Counted from the stretch's first letter, positions 53,579 to 62,870 are shown. The stretch: DNA of 64,000 bases from Candidatus Zipacnadia bacterium (GCA_029821635.1 JALGSW010000001.1:8702-72701), one strand, 5' to 3'. Translations and numbers: made by a program. The notes: generated from the sequence alone by a model not told the origin.

Positions 53579-56106
53579 TGGGGGCGCGCGCGCCGCTTCG
53601 CCGCCCCGCCCTCGCGGCCGTGGTCGCCGCGCTCGTGCTGGCGAGCTTGCCGTGCCGCGCCGGAGAGGTGGAGACGATGAGGCAGGAGCTTCCGTCGCGC
53701 GATGAGATCGAGCAGCTTCCCCCTGATGGTGGCGAGCAGTTCAACCGCCTGATCTTCGAGACGAGCCCCTACCTGTTGCAGCATGCGCGCAACCCCGTGG
53801 ACTGGTGGCCGTGGTCCGACGAGGCCTTCGAGCGCGCCCGCGAGCTCGACCGCCCCGTCTTCCTGTCGGTCGGCTACTCCACCTGTCACTGGTGCCACGT
53901 GATGGAGCGCGAGTCGTTCGAGAACAAGCGCATCGCCGAGCTCCTCAACGAGCGCTTCGTGCCCATCAAGGTGGACCGCGAGGAGCGGCCGGACGTCGAT
54001 GAGATATACATGGCCGCGACGCAGCTGATGGTCGGCCGCGGCGGCTGGCCCAACTCCGTGTGGCTCACTCCCGACGCCCGCCCGTGGTATGCGGGCACGT
54101 ACTTCCCGCCCGAGGGCGCGCCCGGCGTCCCCGGCTTCCGCGAGCTCCTCGGCAAGCTCGCCGACACCTGGGACGAGCAGCGCGACGACGTCGAGGCGCA
54201 GGCCGCGCAGCTTCAGGAGGCCGTGCGCGGCTCCGTCGCGCCTCGCGAACTCGCGCCGATGCCGCTGAGCGACGAGCTGCTTGGCGGCGCGGTCGAGGCA
54301 CTCTCCGATCAGTTCGACGAGCGCTACGGCGGCTTCGGCGGCGCGCCGAAGTTCCCGCCGCACAGCGCGCTGCGGCTTCTGTTGTTCGTAGGACAGGCTT
54401 TCCAGCCTGTCAATGGAGGACCACGTGCTGGTGACAGGCCCGAAAGCCTGTCCTACGAGACCCTCGACGCGATGGCCCGGGGCGGCATCCACGATCACGT
54501 CGGCGGCGGCTTCCACCGCTACTCGACCGACGCCTACTGGCTCGTCCCGCACTTCGAGAAGATGCTCTACGATAACGCGCAGCTCGCCGCCGTCTACGCC
54601 CTCGCGCACCAGGCGACCGGCTCGCAGGACTACGAGGTCGCCGCGCGGGGGATCTGCGACTGGGCTCTGCGTGAGATGGCCGATGAGGCGGGCGGCTTCT
54701 ACTCCGCGCTGGACGCCGACAGCGAGGGCGTTGAGGGCAAGTTCTACCTCTGGACGCGCGACGAGGTCACCGAGGTGCTCGGCGGTGAACGCGCCGCGCT
54801 CGCGTGCGAGCTCCTGAACATCCGCGCCGATGGGAACTTCGTCGACGAAGTCTCCGGGCACCGCTCCAACGCGAACATCCCGCACATCAGCCTTGCCGGA
54901 CTGGCGGACGATGCCCTGCGGCCGTTCCTGCGGCAGGCCGAGGAGCAGCTCCGCGAGCGCCGCAGCAGCCGCGTCCGCCCGCACCGCGATGAGAAGGTGC
55001 TGGCCTCGTGGAACGGGCTGATGATCTCCGGGCTCGCGACCGCCGGGCGCGTCTTCGGCGAGCAGCGTTACATCGACGCCGCTGTGCGGGCCGCCGACTT
55101 CATCCTGCGTGAGATGCGCGTGGACGGGCAGCGTGCCAACGCCCTGATGCGCGTCTGGCGTGACGGTGCGGTCAAGCAGCCCGGCTACCTCGACGACTAC
55201 GCGTTCCTCGCCGTCGGCCTGCTCGACTTGCACGTCGCGACCGGCGACGAGCGCTGGCTGACCGACGCCCGGTGGCTCGCCGACGAGACGCTGCGGCTCT
55301 TCGAAGACCGGGCGCAGGGCGGCTTCTTCTTGACCGCGCACGACAGCGAGGAGCTGCTCGCGCGCGTCAAGCGCCCCTTCGACCAGGCGATCCCGTCGGG
55401 CAACGCGATGGCGGCGCTCGCGCTGGTGCGACTGGCCGACTTGACCGGCGAGGAGCGCTACTCCGAGGCCGCCGGACGCACGCTGCGCGCCTTCTCCGCC
55501 GCGATGCGCAACGCACCCACGTCCACGGGGATGATGTTGCTCGCGACCGCGCACTACCTCAATCTCGCCGGCGACGCGGCCGAGGTCGCGCCGGTGGCGG
55601 TCGAGGCCGAGCCGGACGCGCGTACGCAGCGCGGGCCCGTGACGGTGGCGGCGTGGGCGTCGCGGCGGACCGCCGAGCCGGGCGGCGAGGTGGCGGTCGC
55701 GCTGCGCATCACTATCGCTGACGGCTGGCACATCAACGCGCACAAGCCGTTGCAGGACTACCTGGTCGCGACGGAGATCGAACTGGAGGAGGGCGCGCCC
55801 TACGCGCTGATGGAGGCGACGTGGCCGGATGCGATCGCGGTCGAGCCGGCCTTCAGCGACGAGCCGCTGGCGGTCTACGAGGGCGAGGCGTGGGTGCTCG
55901 CGCGCGTGAAGGTGCTGCCAGGCGCGGCCACAGGCGAAGCGCCTGCGGGCAACGCGCCGCTGCGGCTGACGCTGGTGGCGCAGCCCTGCGACGACAGCAC
56001 CTGCGCCCGACCCGAGCGCTACGCGCTGGAGCTGCCGATGCGCATCATGCGCGACGCTCCGGACGAGCAGCGCAACGAGGCGGTCTTCGAGCGCTTCGCG
56101 AACTGA
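53578..56106 (+). CDS. YyaL/SPATA20-like thioredoxin-domain protein with signal peptide and C-terminal DsbD-N-like extension
   Basis: [26 protein letters not shown]...[38 protein letters not shown]...[12 protein letters not shown]. The C-terminal [26 protein letters not shown] resembles the DsbD N-terminal-like domain. The ATG overlaps the previous stop (TGATG). Confidence 0.85.
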   Translation: MGARAPLRRPALAAVVAALVLASLPCRAGEVETMRQELPSRDEIEQLPPDGGEQFNRLIFETSPYLLQHARNPVDWWPWSDEAFERARELDRPVFLSVGYSTCHWCHVMERESFENKRIAELLNERFVPIKVDREERPDVDEIYMAATQLMVGRGGWPNSVWLTPDARPWYAGTYFPPEGAPGVPGFRELLGKLADTWDEQRDDVEAQAAQLQEAVRGSVAPRELAPMPLSDELLGGAVEALSDQFDERYGGFGGAPKFPPHSALRLLLFVGQAFQPVNGGPRAGDRPESLSYETLDAMARGGIHDHVGGGFHRYSTDAYWLVPHFEKMLYDNAQLAAVYALAHQATGSQDYEVAARGICDWALREMADEAGGFYSALDADSEGVEGKFYLWTRDEVTEVLGGERAALACELLNIRADGNFVDEVSGHRSNANIPHISLAGLADDALRPFLRQAEEQLRERRSSRVRPHRDEKVLASWNGLMISGLATAGRVFGEQRYIDAAVRAADFILREMRVDGQRANALMRVWRDGAVKQPGYLDDYAFLAVGLLDLHVATGDERWLTDARWLADETLRLFEDRAQGGFFLTAHDSEELLARVKRPFDQAIPSGNAMAALALVRLADLTGEERYSEAAGRTLRAFSAAMRNAPTSTGMMLLATAHYLNLAGDAAEVAPVAVEAEPDARTQRGPVTVAAWASRRTAEPGGEVAVALRITIADGWHINAHKPLQDYLVATEIELEEGAPYALMEATWPDAIAVEPAFSDEPLAVYEGEAWVLARVKVLPGAATGEAPAGNAPLRLTLVAQPCDDSTCARPERYALELPMRIMRDAPDEQRNEAVFERFAN
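54388..54456 (+). mobile_element. REPIN-like inverted doublet of REP units, in frame inside the yyaL-like CDS
   Basis: GTAG-GACAGGCT-TTCC-AGCCTGTC (54388-54411), a 21-nt spacer, then GACAGGC-CCGAAA-GCCTGTC-CTAC (54433-54456). The outer 15-bp arms GTAGGACAGGCTTTC / GAAAGCCTGTCCTAC are perfect reverse complements. The two units are 22/24 identical when one is reverse-complemented. The 69 nt equal exactly 23 codons ([23 protein letters not shown]). Confidence 0.6.
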
Positions 56107-56127
56107 CGCCCGTCGCGCAACTACGAG

Positions 56128-56868
56128 GTGATGGCTTTGGCCGGGATCATCGACATGGTCACGAGCTTCGGGATCGACCGCACGCGCGAGTCCGACCTCG
56201 GCCTCGACTCGCTGCTCTCCGTCCTCGGCGAGCACGAGGTCGAGCGCGCGTACACCTGCTCGCTGCACGCGGTCTGGTACACCGGGCCGCAGGGCAACGA
56301 CGAGACGCTCCGCGCGTGCGAGGCGCACGAAGTCCTGCGGCCGGCGGCGGTGCTCGACCCGCGCCGCTACTTCGATCAGCAGGACGAGGCGCGGCGCTGC
56401 TTCGACCGCGGCTGCTCGGTCTTCCGCTTTTTCCCGCACCAGCAGGGCTGGCCGTTCGAGTTCCTGCCCTTCATCAAGATCTGCGAGACGCTCGCGGAGC
56501 TTGGCGCGCGCGCGATCGTCCCCGCGAGCGCCTACGGTGAGGCCACGCGCGTTGCGCATCTGCTCGCCCACCTGGAGCTGCCGGTGCTGCTGATCGGTGG
56601 CGGCTACGCGAACATCGGCGAGCTGATGGCGGTGCTCGCGGAATTCCCGACGATGCACTGCGACGCGCACGTGCAGGACGGCCCGTTCGCGCTGGAGGGG
56701 CTGATGGAGCGTGGGGGAGAGGATCGCGTGATCTTCGGCTCGAACTCGCCCGAGCGGGAGTTCCTGGCGCCGCTCTTGATGGCGCGGCACGCAGAGCTCA
56801 CCGACGAGCAGCGGCGAGGCTACCTGCATGACAACGCGCTCGCGTTCCTCGGGGAGGGAGCGGCATGA
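56128..56868 (+). CDS. amidohydrolase-2-like TIM-barrel protein (paralogue of next gene)
   Basis: 246 aa, similar in length and C-terminal pattern (VIFGSNSPEREF...YLHDNALAFLG) to the downstream gene (IVFGSDMDLLDP...VYYDNGARLLG). The metal-binding N-terminal HxH is not obvious. Confidence 0.5.
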   Translation: MMALAGIIDMVTSFGIDRTRESDLGLDSLLSVLGEHEVERAYTCSLHAVWYTGPQGNDETLRACEAHEVLRPAAVLDPRRYFDQQDEARRCFDRGCSVFRFFPHQQGWPFEFLPFIKICETLAELGARAIVPASAYGEATRVAHLLAHLELPVLLIGGGYANIGELMAVLAEFPTMHCDAHVQDGPFALEGLMERGGEDRVIFGSNSPEREFLAPLLMARHAELTDEQRRGYLHDNALAFLGEGAA

Positions 56869-57602
56869 AGAAGATTGACATGCACGGACACCTGGGCTAC
56901 TGGCCGTTCGCCCTGCCGAACTGCGGCACCGCGGACTCGCTGGTGCGGCTGTGCGAGCGCTACGACATCGAGCGGCTCGCCGCGTCCTCGTCGCTGGCGC
57001 TCAACTACGACATGGAGGCGGGCAACGCGGAGATGGCCGAGGCCGCGCGCGAGCACGAGCGGCTGCTGATGTACGCCTACGTGAACCCGAACTTCATCGC
57101 ACGAAGCTGCGCGGAGATGGACCGCTACCTGCCCGAGGAGTTCGCGGTCGGCTGCAAGATCCACACGAGCTACTCCGCCACCCCGACCTCCGCGCCACGG
57201 ATGCACGAGCTGGTGGCGGAGATCGCGGGGCGCACGAGCCTCGTGAAGGTCCACCCCGGCGACGCCGCGGACCTCGGGCAGTGGGCGCGCGCCTACCCGG
57301 ACCTGAACATCATCGTCGCGCACAGCTTCGGGTCGAACTACCCGGCGGCTGTCGAGCTCGCGGTCGCGCACCCGAACATCTACCTCGACTTCTGCTGCAG
57401 CCACGCGGGGCGCGGGAAGGTCCGCTACGCGCTGGAGCGCTGCGGGGCCGGGCAGATCGTCTTCGGTTCGGACATGGATCTGCTCGACCCGGCGTTCACG
57501 ATGGCGGTCTTCGTGGGCGCGAATCTCAGCGACGAGGAGCGCCGCGCGGTCTACTACGACAACGGCGCGCGGCTGCTGGGAATTCTCCCCACAGGCGGCT
57601 GA
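56865..57602 (+). CDS. amidohydrolase-family metal-dependent hydrolase
   Basis: MKKIDMHGHLG N-terminus (the HxH metal motif typical of amidohydrolase_2) and a FGSDMD C-terminal Asp region. ATGA overlap with the previous gene. Confidence 0.6.
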   Translation: MKKIDMHGHLGYWPFALPNCGTADSLVRLCERYDIERLAASSSLALNYDMEAGNAEMAEAAREHERLLMYAYVNPNFIARSCAEMDRYLPEEFAVGCKIHTSYSATPTSAPRMHELVAEIAGRTSLVKVHPGDAADLGQWARAYPDLNIIVAHSFGSNYPAAVELAVAHPNIYLDFCCSHAGRGKVRYALERCGAGQIVFGSDMDLLDPAFTMAVFVGANLSDEERRAVYYDNGARLLGILPTGG

Positions 57603-57629
57603 GGATGCGTGAGAGCGGCAGAAACGAAC

Positions 57630-57659
57630 TTGACAATCAGGGGGCGCGTGTGGTATATT
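57630..57659 (+). promoter_or_regulatory. sigma70-type promoter (extended -10) for tRNA-Glu
   Basis: TTGACA (57630-57635), an 18-nt spacer ending in TGG, then TATATT (57654-57659). The tRNA starts 21 nt downstream. Confidence 0.65.
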
Positions 57660-57679
57660 ATGCACCTCTGTAAAGAGGT

Positions 57680-57754
57680 GCGCCCATGGTCTAGCGGTCA
57701 GGATACCGGGTTCTCAGCCCGGCGGCCGGGGTTCGACTCCCCGTGGGCGTACCA
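57680..57754 (+). tRNA. tRNA-Glu (anticodon CUC), CCA encoded
   Basis: Hand-folded cloverleaf. Acceptor GCGCCCA/TGGGCGT (G1-U wobble). D-arm GTCT-AGCGGTCA-GGAT. Anticodon stem CCGGG/CCCGG with loop TT-CTC-AG. T-arm CGGGG-TTCGACT-CCCCG. Discriminator A plus CCA. Confidence 0.85.
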
Positions 57755-57806
57755 GCAATCATCGGCCGCAGGCCTGCTCTCAACGCGGGTCACGCGGATT
57801 TCTTCA

Positions 57807-57840
57807 GGCCGCGCAGGCCCTCTGCGCGGCCTCTTTCATT
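57807..57840 (+). terminator. rho-independent terminator after tRNA-Glu
   Basis: GGCCGCGCAG-GCCCT-CTGCGCGGCC, a perfect 10-bp stem followed by TCTTTCATT. Confidence 0.7.
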
Positions 57841-57861
57841 AAGCGCTGACAGGTGATCCTC

Positions 57862-58032
57862 ATGGGCAGTTACGAGGTCGGCGGGCTCACCGTCGAGGTC
57901 GTCGAGGGGGACATCACCGGGGCCGACACGGACGCGATCTCCAACGCGGCCAACGGTCACCTGTGGATGCTCTTCGGGCTCGAGGCGCACGACGCCTTCG
58001 ACGCCGTCGCGCGAGGGAAGTGGGGCGCGTGA
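57862..58032 (+). pseudogene. truncated macro-domain (ADP-ribose-binding/O-acetyl-ADP-ribose deacetylase-like) gene remnant
   Basis: A 56-codon ORF, too short for the track. MGSYEVGGLTVEVVEGDITGADTDAISNAANGHL matches the macro-domain N-terminus pattern (V-x-G-D-I-T...D-A-I-V-N-A-A-N). It then diverges and stops, and I found no continuation in the other frames. Confidence 0.5.
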
Positions 58033-59060
58033 CCTGGCGATCCCTTCTCGCGTGCATTGCGTTCTCACTCTTCGCGCTCCTCGCGCCTGTCGCCGGGGCC
58101 TACGAGGACCCGGTCGCGGGCTACCTCGCCGAGCGTGAGCGCCTCGTTCCCGCTGCGGTGGCGTCGCGGGCCGCGCTTCAGCAGGTTCTCGCCACCGGAG
58201 ACTTTGCGCACGTCGAGCTGGTCGGCGATGTGAGCGGCAAGGCTTCCGCCGCGGCGTCACTTGAGGGCCTGCCGCAGCGCACGCTCATGCTCACCCTCGA
58301 CGATGGCTCGTACGTGGCCCTGCAGGCGGGCACGGAGATCGACGAGCTGCAGGTCGGCCACCGCGTAGCGGTCATCGCGACGCCCGCGGTCGGCGTGTCG
58401 CACGGCGACCTCGTCCTCGAGGCGTGGGTGTATGAGTGGGACCTCCCGCGCGAGGTGGAGCCGGTCGAGGAGCCGCCGCCCGTGCCCCAGGCGCCGCCTC
58501 AGACGCCCGTATCGCCAACTGCGCCGCCGAGCGTGACGGCCGCGCCGCCGATGCCGCGGCCCGCTGCGGGCACGCCCCAAGTGGACGCAGTCCAGACGTG
58601 GAAGGCGTGGGTGCTGGAGCTCAACCCGAAGCTCAGCGACGAGCAGGCCGCGAACATCGTCCGATGGGTGCTCTACTACTCCCAGCAGTACGATGTCAAT
58701 CACAAGCTGATCTTCGCGCTAATCAAGTGGGAGTCGTGGTACAGCCCGAGCTGCGTCTCACATGCGGGCGCGATCGGACTCATGCAGCTCATGCCGGGCA
58801 CCGCGCGCTACCTCGGCGTCAATCCGCGCAACGTGCAGCAGAACATCGAGGGCGGGGTGCACTACCTCTCCGAGCAGCTCGGGACCTACGCCGGTCGCTC
58901 GAACTACGAGCGCGTGATCCTCGCGCTGGCGTGTTACAACGCGGGCCCGAACGCCGTCAAGCGCGCCGGCCATGCCGTGCCGAACATCACCGAGACCCAG
59001 CGCTACGTGAAGAAGGTCAGCACCACGTTCTACGAGCTGCACCAGGCCGGGATGCCCTGA
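58029..59060 (+). CDS. secreted lytic transglycosylase (SLT domain) protein
   Basis: GTG 58029 overlaps the remnant's stop (GTGA). Signal-like WRSLLACIAFSLFALLAPVAGA. Pro-rich linker. SLT motifs LIKWESWYSP...AGAIGLMQLMPGTA...YNAGPNAV. Confidence 0.8.
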   Translation: MTWRSLLACIAFSLFALLAPVAGAYEDPVAGYLAERERLVPAAVASRAALQQVLATGDFAHVELVGDVSGKASAAASLEGLPQRTLMLTLDDGSYVALQAGTEIDELQVGHRVAVIATPAVGVSHGDLVLEAWVYEWDLPREVEPVEEPPPVPQAPPQTPVSPTAPPSVTAAPPMPRPAAGTPQVDAVQTWKAWVLELNPKLSDEQAANIVRWVLYYSQQYDVNHKLIFALIKWESWYSPSCVSHAGAIGLMQLMPGTARYLGVNPRNVQQNIEGGVHYLSEQLGTYAGRSNYERVILALACYNAGPNAVKRAGHAVPNITETQRYVKKVSTTFYELHQAGMP

Positions 59061-59092
59061 TCCGCCACCTCGCCGCGCCGGGAGGACGCCCC

Positions 59093-60508
59093 ATGCGCCT
59101 GACACTTGCCGCCCTGATCGCGCTGCTTCCCCTGTCCGCAACCGCCGACCCGAGCTTCGTGGACGTCAGTGCTGCGTCCGGCCTCTCCGGAGGCGGACAG
59201 GCCGCCTGGGCGGACTACGATGCAGACGGGCGCGTGGACGTGCTGATCGGCGCCACGCTCTTCCGCAACCTGGACGGCGCGCGCTTCGAGCAGGCCGCGC
59301 TCCCTGACGGCATCGGCTCGATGAGCGGCACGTGGGGCGACTGCGACAACGATGGCGACCTCGACCTGTTCACCTTCGGCGGGAAGTTCGGCCTCGCGCT
59401 CAACAACAGCGACGGTACCTTCACCGCTGCCGAGCTGCCGGAGATCCCGGTGGTGAACTCGCGCGGCGCCTGCTGGGTGGACCTCAACGCCGACGGGCTG
59501 CTCGACCTCTACGTGGGCGGCTATGAGAAGTGGGAGGAGGCCGTCTACCTCGATGCCGCGCTCATCAACGAGGGCGAGGGCCGCTTCGTGGTTAGCTGGC
59601 AGAGCAGCGAGGAGGGCAAGCGTTCGGCGCGTGGCGTCGCCGCCGCCGACTTCGACGAGGATGGCGACGCGGACGTCTACGTGAGCAACTACCGCCTGCA
59701 GCCGAACATCCTCTGGCTGAACACGGGCGAGCTGCCGATGGCGGACGTGGCGGTCGAGCGCGGCGTGGCGGGCGTGGCCAAGGAAGAAATCGACTACACG
59801 GGCGGCATTCGCTACCCCCTGAGCGGGCACACGATCGGCTCGGCGTGGGGCGATCTCGATGACGACGGCCGCCTCGACCTGTTCGTCGGCAACTTCAGCC
59901 ACCCGCCCGACTATCAGGACCGCCCGCAGTTCCTGCGCAACACCGGCGCGCCCGACTGGCGCTTCGAGGACATGAGCGCGGACGCCGGGCTCGCGTGGCA
60001 GGAGTCCTTCGCCAGCCCGGCGCTCGCGGACGTGGACAACGATGGCGACCTCGACCTGTACTTCAGCACCGTCTACGGCGGCGACCACAGCGTGCTCTAC
60101 CTCAACGAGGGCGACTGGCACTTCCGCGACGTGACCGCCTCTGCGGGCATCGACGCGGTGAAGACCTACCAGGCGTCGTGGGCCGACTACGATGGCGATG
60201 GCGACCTCGACCTGCTCACCGGCGGCAAGCTCTACGCGAACACCACCGAGGGCGGGAACTACGTGCGCGTGAAGCTGGAGGGGCCGGGCTCGGCGATCGG
60301 TGCGATCGCGCGCGTGCAGGTGGGGGAGAGGACGCTCACGCGACAGGTGGAGTCAGCGACCGGCGAGGGCGATCAGAGCGAGATGACACTGCACTTCGGC
60401 CTTGGCGACTACGAGGGCCTGGTGACTGTCGAGGTCGCCTGGCCCGGAGGCGCGCAGACCGCGCACGATGTGCAGAGCGGCCGGACGGTGACGCTCAGGG
60501 CGGAGTGA
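59093..60508 (+). CDS. FG-GAP/VCBS-repeat protein with ASPIC/UnbV-like C-terminus (CRTAC1-like)
   Basis: ATG 59093 follows GGAGGA, with signal peptide MRLTLAALIALLPLSATA. Seven D-x-D-x-D-G-x-x-D loops (DYDADGRVD, DCDNDGDLD, DLNADGLLD, DFDEDGDAD, DLDDDGRLD, DVDNDGDLD, DYDGDGDLD). The C-terminus GNYVRVKLEG...GAIARVQVG...EVAWPGG is ASPIC/UnbV-like. Confidence 0.8.
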   Translation: MRLTLAALIALLPLSATADPSFVDVSAASGLSGGGQAAWADYDADGRVDVLIGATLFRNLDGARFEQAALPDGIGSMSGTWGDCDNDGDLDLFTFGGKFGLALNNSDGTFTAAELPEIPVVNSRGACWVDLNADGLLDLYVGGYEKWEEAVYLDAALINEGEGRFVVSWQSSEEGKRSARGVAAADFDEDGDADVYVSNYRLQPNILWLNTGELPMADVAVERGVAGVAKEEIDYTGGIRYPLSGHTIGSAWGDLDDDGRLDLFVGNFSHPPDYQDRPQFLRNTGAPDWRFEDMSADAGLAWQESFASPALADVDNDGDLDLYFSTVYGGDHSVLYLNEGDWHFRDVTASAGIDAVKTYQASWADYDGDGDLDLLTGGKLYANTTEGGNYVRVKLEGPGSAIGAIARVQVGERTLTRQVESATGEGDQSEMTLHFGLGDYEGLVTVEVAWPGGAQTAHDVQSGRTVTLRAE

Positions 60509-60519
60509 GGCGCGGCGCG

Positions 60520-61236
60520 CTACCCGCAGGCCTCCACGAACGCGCTGAAGATGCGCATGAGCGCCGCGTCCCGGTGCGCCATGATCTCCGGGTGGAACTG
60601 CAGCCCGAGGCAGAAGCGCGCGTCCGGGCGCTCGATGGCCTCGACGACGCCGTCCAAGCTGCGCGCGACGACTTCGAAGCCCGGCGCGCAGCCATCCACC
60701 GCCTGGTGGTGGTAGCTGTTGACGCTCACGCGCTCCGCGCCGAGCAGCTCCCGCAGCAGGCTCCCCTCCACCAGGTCGATGTCATGCGTCCCGTACCATC
60801 CGGGCGCGGTCTGATTGTGCTTGAGCGCCCCCGGCGCCTCGCTCCCCACGTCCTGCAGCAGCGTGCCGCCCGCGACCACGTTCATCGCCTGGATGCCCCG
60901 GCAGATGCCCAGCATCGGCAGCTCGGGTCGGTCGAGCGCGTAGCGCACCGCGACCGCGTCGAGGTGGTCGCGCTGCGGGCTGACCGCGCCGAGTTTCGCG
61001 TGGGGCTGGAGGCCGTAGGCGCGCGGATCGACGTCCGCCCCGCCGGTCACCAGCAGTCCGTCGCACAGCTCGAGCAGCGCCACGATCTCCTCGTCGGCGC
61101 AGTCGTGGATCAGCAGCGCGGCGCCGCCCGCATCGGCGATGCGGGCGAGGTAGGGCTGGTTCACCAGTTGCCGCTCAGCGAACGGCCCCGAGTCGCCATC
61201 CGTGTGATTGCACAGCACACCGATGCGCGGCTTCAT
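60520..61236 (-). CDS. class I glutamine amidotransferase, peptidase C26 / gamma-glutamyl-GABA hydrolase-like
   Basis: MKPRIGVL start, GICRGIQAMNVVAGGTL (nucleophile Cys), SYHHQAV and QFHPE. ATGA overlap with the lnt stop. Confidence 0.8.
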   Translation of the reverse strand: MKPRIGVLCNHTDGDSGPFAERQLVNQPYLARIADAGGAALLIHDCADEEIVALLELCDGLLVTGGADVDPRAYGLQPHAKLGAVSPQRDHLDAVAVRYALDRPELPMLGICRGIQAMNVVAGGTLLQDVGSEAPGALKHNQTAPGWYGTHDIDLVEGSLLRELLGAERVSVNSYHHQAVDGCAPGFEVVARSLDGVVEAIERPDARFCLGLQFHPEIMAHRDAALMRIFSAFVEACG

Positions 61237-62870
61237 GCGCTGCCCTCCCGAGGCTGCCCGTTGCCGTCCGCGTCGTCTTCGTCGCCGGGCCGCCTGCGCG
61301 GGAGACCGAGCAACCCGACCCACAGCAGCGCCCCGCAGAAGACCTGCAGCGGCATGTCACCCCACTGATTGTAGGCCGACAGCTCCGTGCGCGGGCGGAC
61401 CTCGTGCCACGCCACGCCCGCCTTGGCCACCGGCACGTCGGAGAGCACCTCACCGTCGGGCGCGATGATCTGCGACCGCCCCCACGTCGCCGCGCGGACG
61501 ATGTAGCGCCGGGCCTCCACCGCGCGCAGCGGCGCGGTCACCGAGTGCTGCTCGATCTCATTTGTTCCGGCGGCCCAGGCGTCGCTGGTGCCGATCAAGA
61601 TGAACTGCGCGCCGAGCTGCGTGTTGGTGCGCACCGCGTTCGGGAAGAGCGCCTCGAAGCAGATCAGCGGCCCGGCCTTGACGCCGCCGAGGTCGAAGAC
61701 CTTGTGCCCGGGGCCGGGGGAGAAGTCCACGTTGCGCAGCGCGAATTTGCGCAGCCACGGGAAGCGATCGGCCCACGGCACGCTCTCGCCGAACGGGACG
61801 AGGATGGCCTTCTGGTACGTGTCCGTGAGTTCACCCTCGGGCGAAAAGACGAAGAGTGTGTTGTAGACGCGGTTCTCGCGGAACTCGAACGCGCCCGTGA
61901 TCAGCCACGCCGACTTCTCCACCGCCAGCGCGCCAACGCGCTCGGCATACTCCGGCACGACGTTGAGCGCCACGGGGAGGGCGGTCTCCGGCCACACGAT
62001 CACGTCCACGCCGTCGGGGATCGCCTGGGAAAGCGCCTCGTAGGTCGCGAAGGCCTCCTCCGCGCGATCGGCGCTGGTGCCCTCGCCGTCGCCCAGGGCG
62101 GCCTGCACCGCGGCGATCTCGATGGGCTCGACGGTTGTGTCCTCGGGCCGGCGCATCACCAGCGCGCCCCAGATGAAGACGAGCAGCACGATCACGTAGC
62201 AGGCCAGCCCGGTCCTGGCCGCGAGCGTCGCGAACTGCCGCGGGTGCATCCGAGGCCGAACGAGGACGCCCGGCGCCACCGCCAGCCCCGCCTGCGCTAC
62301 CGCCGCGTTGATGGCCGCGATGAAGAAGCCGATGCCGAAGTGACCGATCATCGACGCGGCCTGCAGCATGGGGATCTGATCGTGCTGGGTGTAGCCGAGG
62401 TCGCCGATGGTGAAGCCAAGTCCGCCGATGCCGCCGCGCAGCATCTCCACGAGCGTCCACGCGCCCGCGGTCGCGAGCGCGCGCAGCGCGGGGTGAGCGG
62501 TGCGGTTGCACATCGCGGCGGCGAGGCCGAAGACGCCGAAGAAGAGCGCCTCAAAGGCCACGCTGGCGAACCACGCGATGAAGCCGTATTCGAGCATGAA
62601 CGAGGCGTAGAGCCCCATGAAGACCATGCCGAAGATCAGGCCGAGGGCGAGGCCGCCCACCGGTCGGACCTGGGTGAGCGCGAAGAAGAGCGGGATCAGT
62701 CCGAACCACGCGATGGGGCCGAGGTCGAAGGGCGGGAATGCGGCGCAGAGCATCAGCGCGGAGAGTGCCGTGAGCGCGACCTTCGGCCAGGTGACGCGCT
62801 GGACGCGTTCGAGCGCGGGCACCGGGGAGACGGTCGTGGGCTGAGCATCATCGGGGCGCGGAGCGCTCAC
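61233..62870 (-). CDS. lnt: apolipoprotein N-acyltransferase
   Basis: 545 aa. Multi-TM N-terminal half, then a CN-hydrolase domain (IVWPETALP...GPLICFEALFP). Confidence 0.85.
   Translation of the reverse strand: MSAPRPDDAQPTTVSPVPALERVQRVTWPKVALTALSALMLCAAFPPFDLGPIAWFGLIPLFFALTQVRPVGGLALGLIFGMVFMGLYASFMLEYGFIAWFASVAFEALFFGVFGLAAAMCNRTAHPALRALATAGAWTLVEMLRGGIGGLGFTIGDLGYTQHDQIPMLQAASMIGHFGIGFFIAAINAAVAQAGLAVAPGVLVRPRMHPRQFATLAARTGLACYVIVLLVFIWGALVMRRPEDTTVEPIEIAAVQAALGDGEGTSADRAEEAFATYEALSQAIPDGVDVIVWPETALPVALNVVPEYAERVGALAVEKSAWLITGAFEFRENRVYNTLFVFSPEGELTDTYQKAILVPFGESVPWADRFPWLRKFALRNVDFSPGPGHKVFDLGGVKAGPLICFEALFPNAVRTNTQLGAQFILIGTSDAWAAGTNEIEQHSVTAPLRAVEARRYIVRAATWGRSQIIAPDGEVLSDVPVAKAGVAWHEVRPRTELSAYNQWGDMPLQVFCGALLWVGLLGLPRRRPGDEDDADGNGQPREGSA

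Noticed and set aside
53308-56829. 1173-aa minus-strand ORF
   Set aside because: It is antisense to the well-supported yyaL-like and amidohydrolase genes. It has shadow-type composition (R/A/G/V/L/E) and no recognisable motif.
58436-60508. 690-aa ORF treated as one gene
   Set aside because: Its first 219 codons overlap the SLT gene in another frame and translate to Arg/Ala-rich junk. The real FG-GAP/ASPIC gene starts at ATG 59093 with a GGAGGA RBS and a signal peptide.
57755-60508. Integrated genomic island downstream of tRNA-Glu
   Set aside because: I saw no integrase gene and no direct repeat of the tRNA 3' end. The downstream genes (SLT, FG-GAP/ASPIC) have the same GC-rich character as the rest. 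Only the macro-domain remnant hints at past rearrangement.
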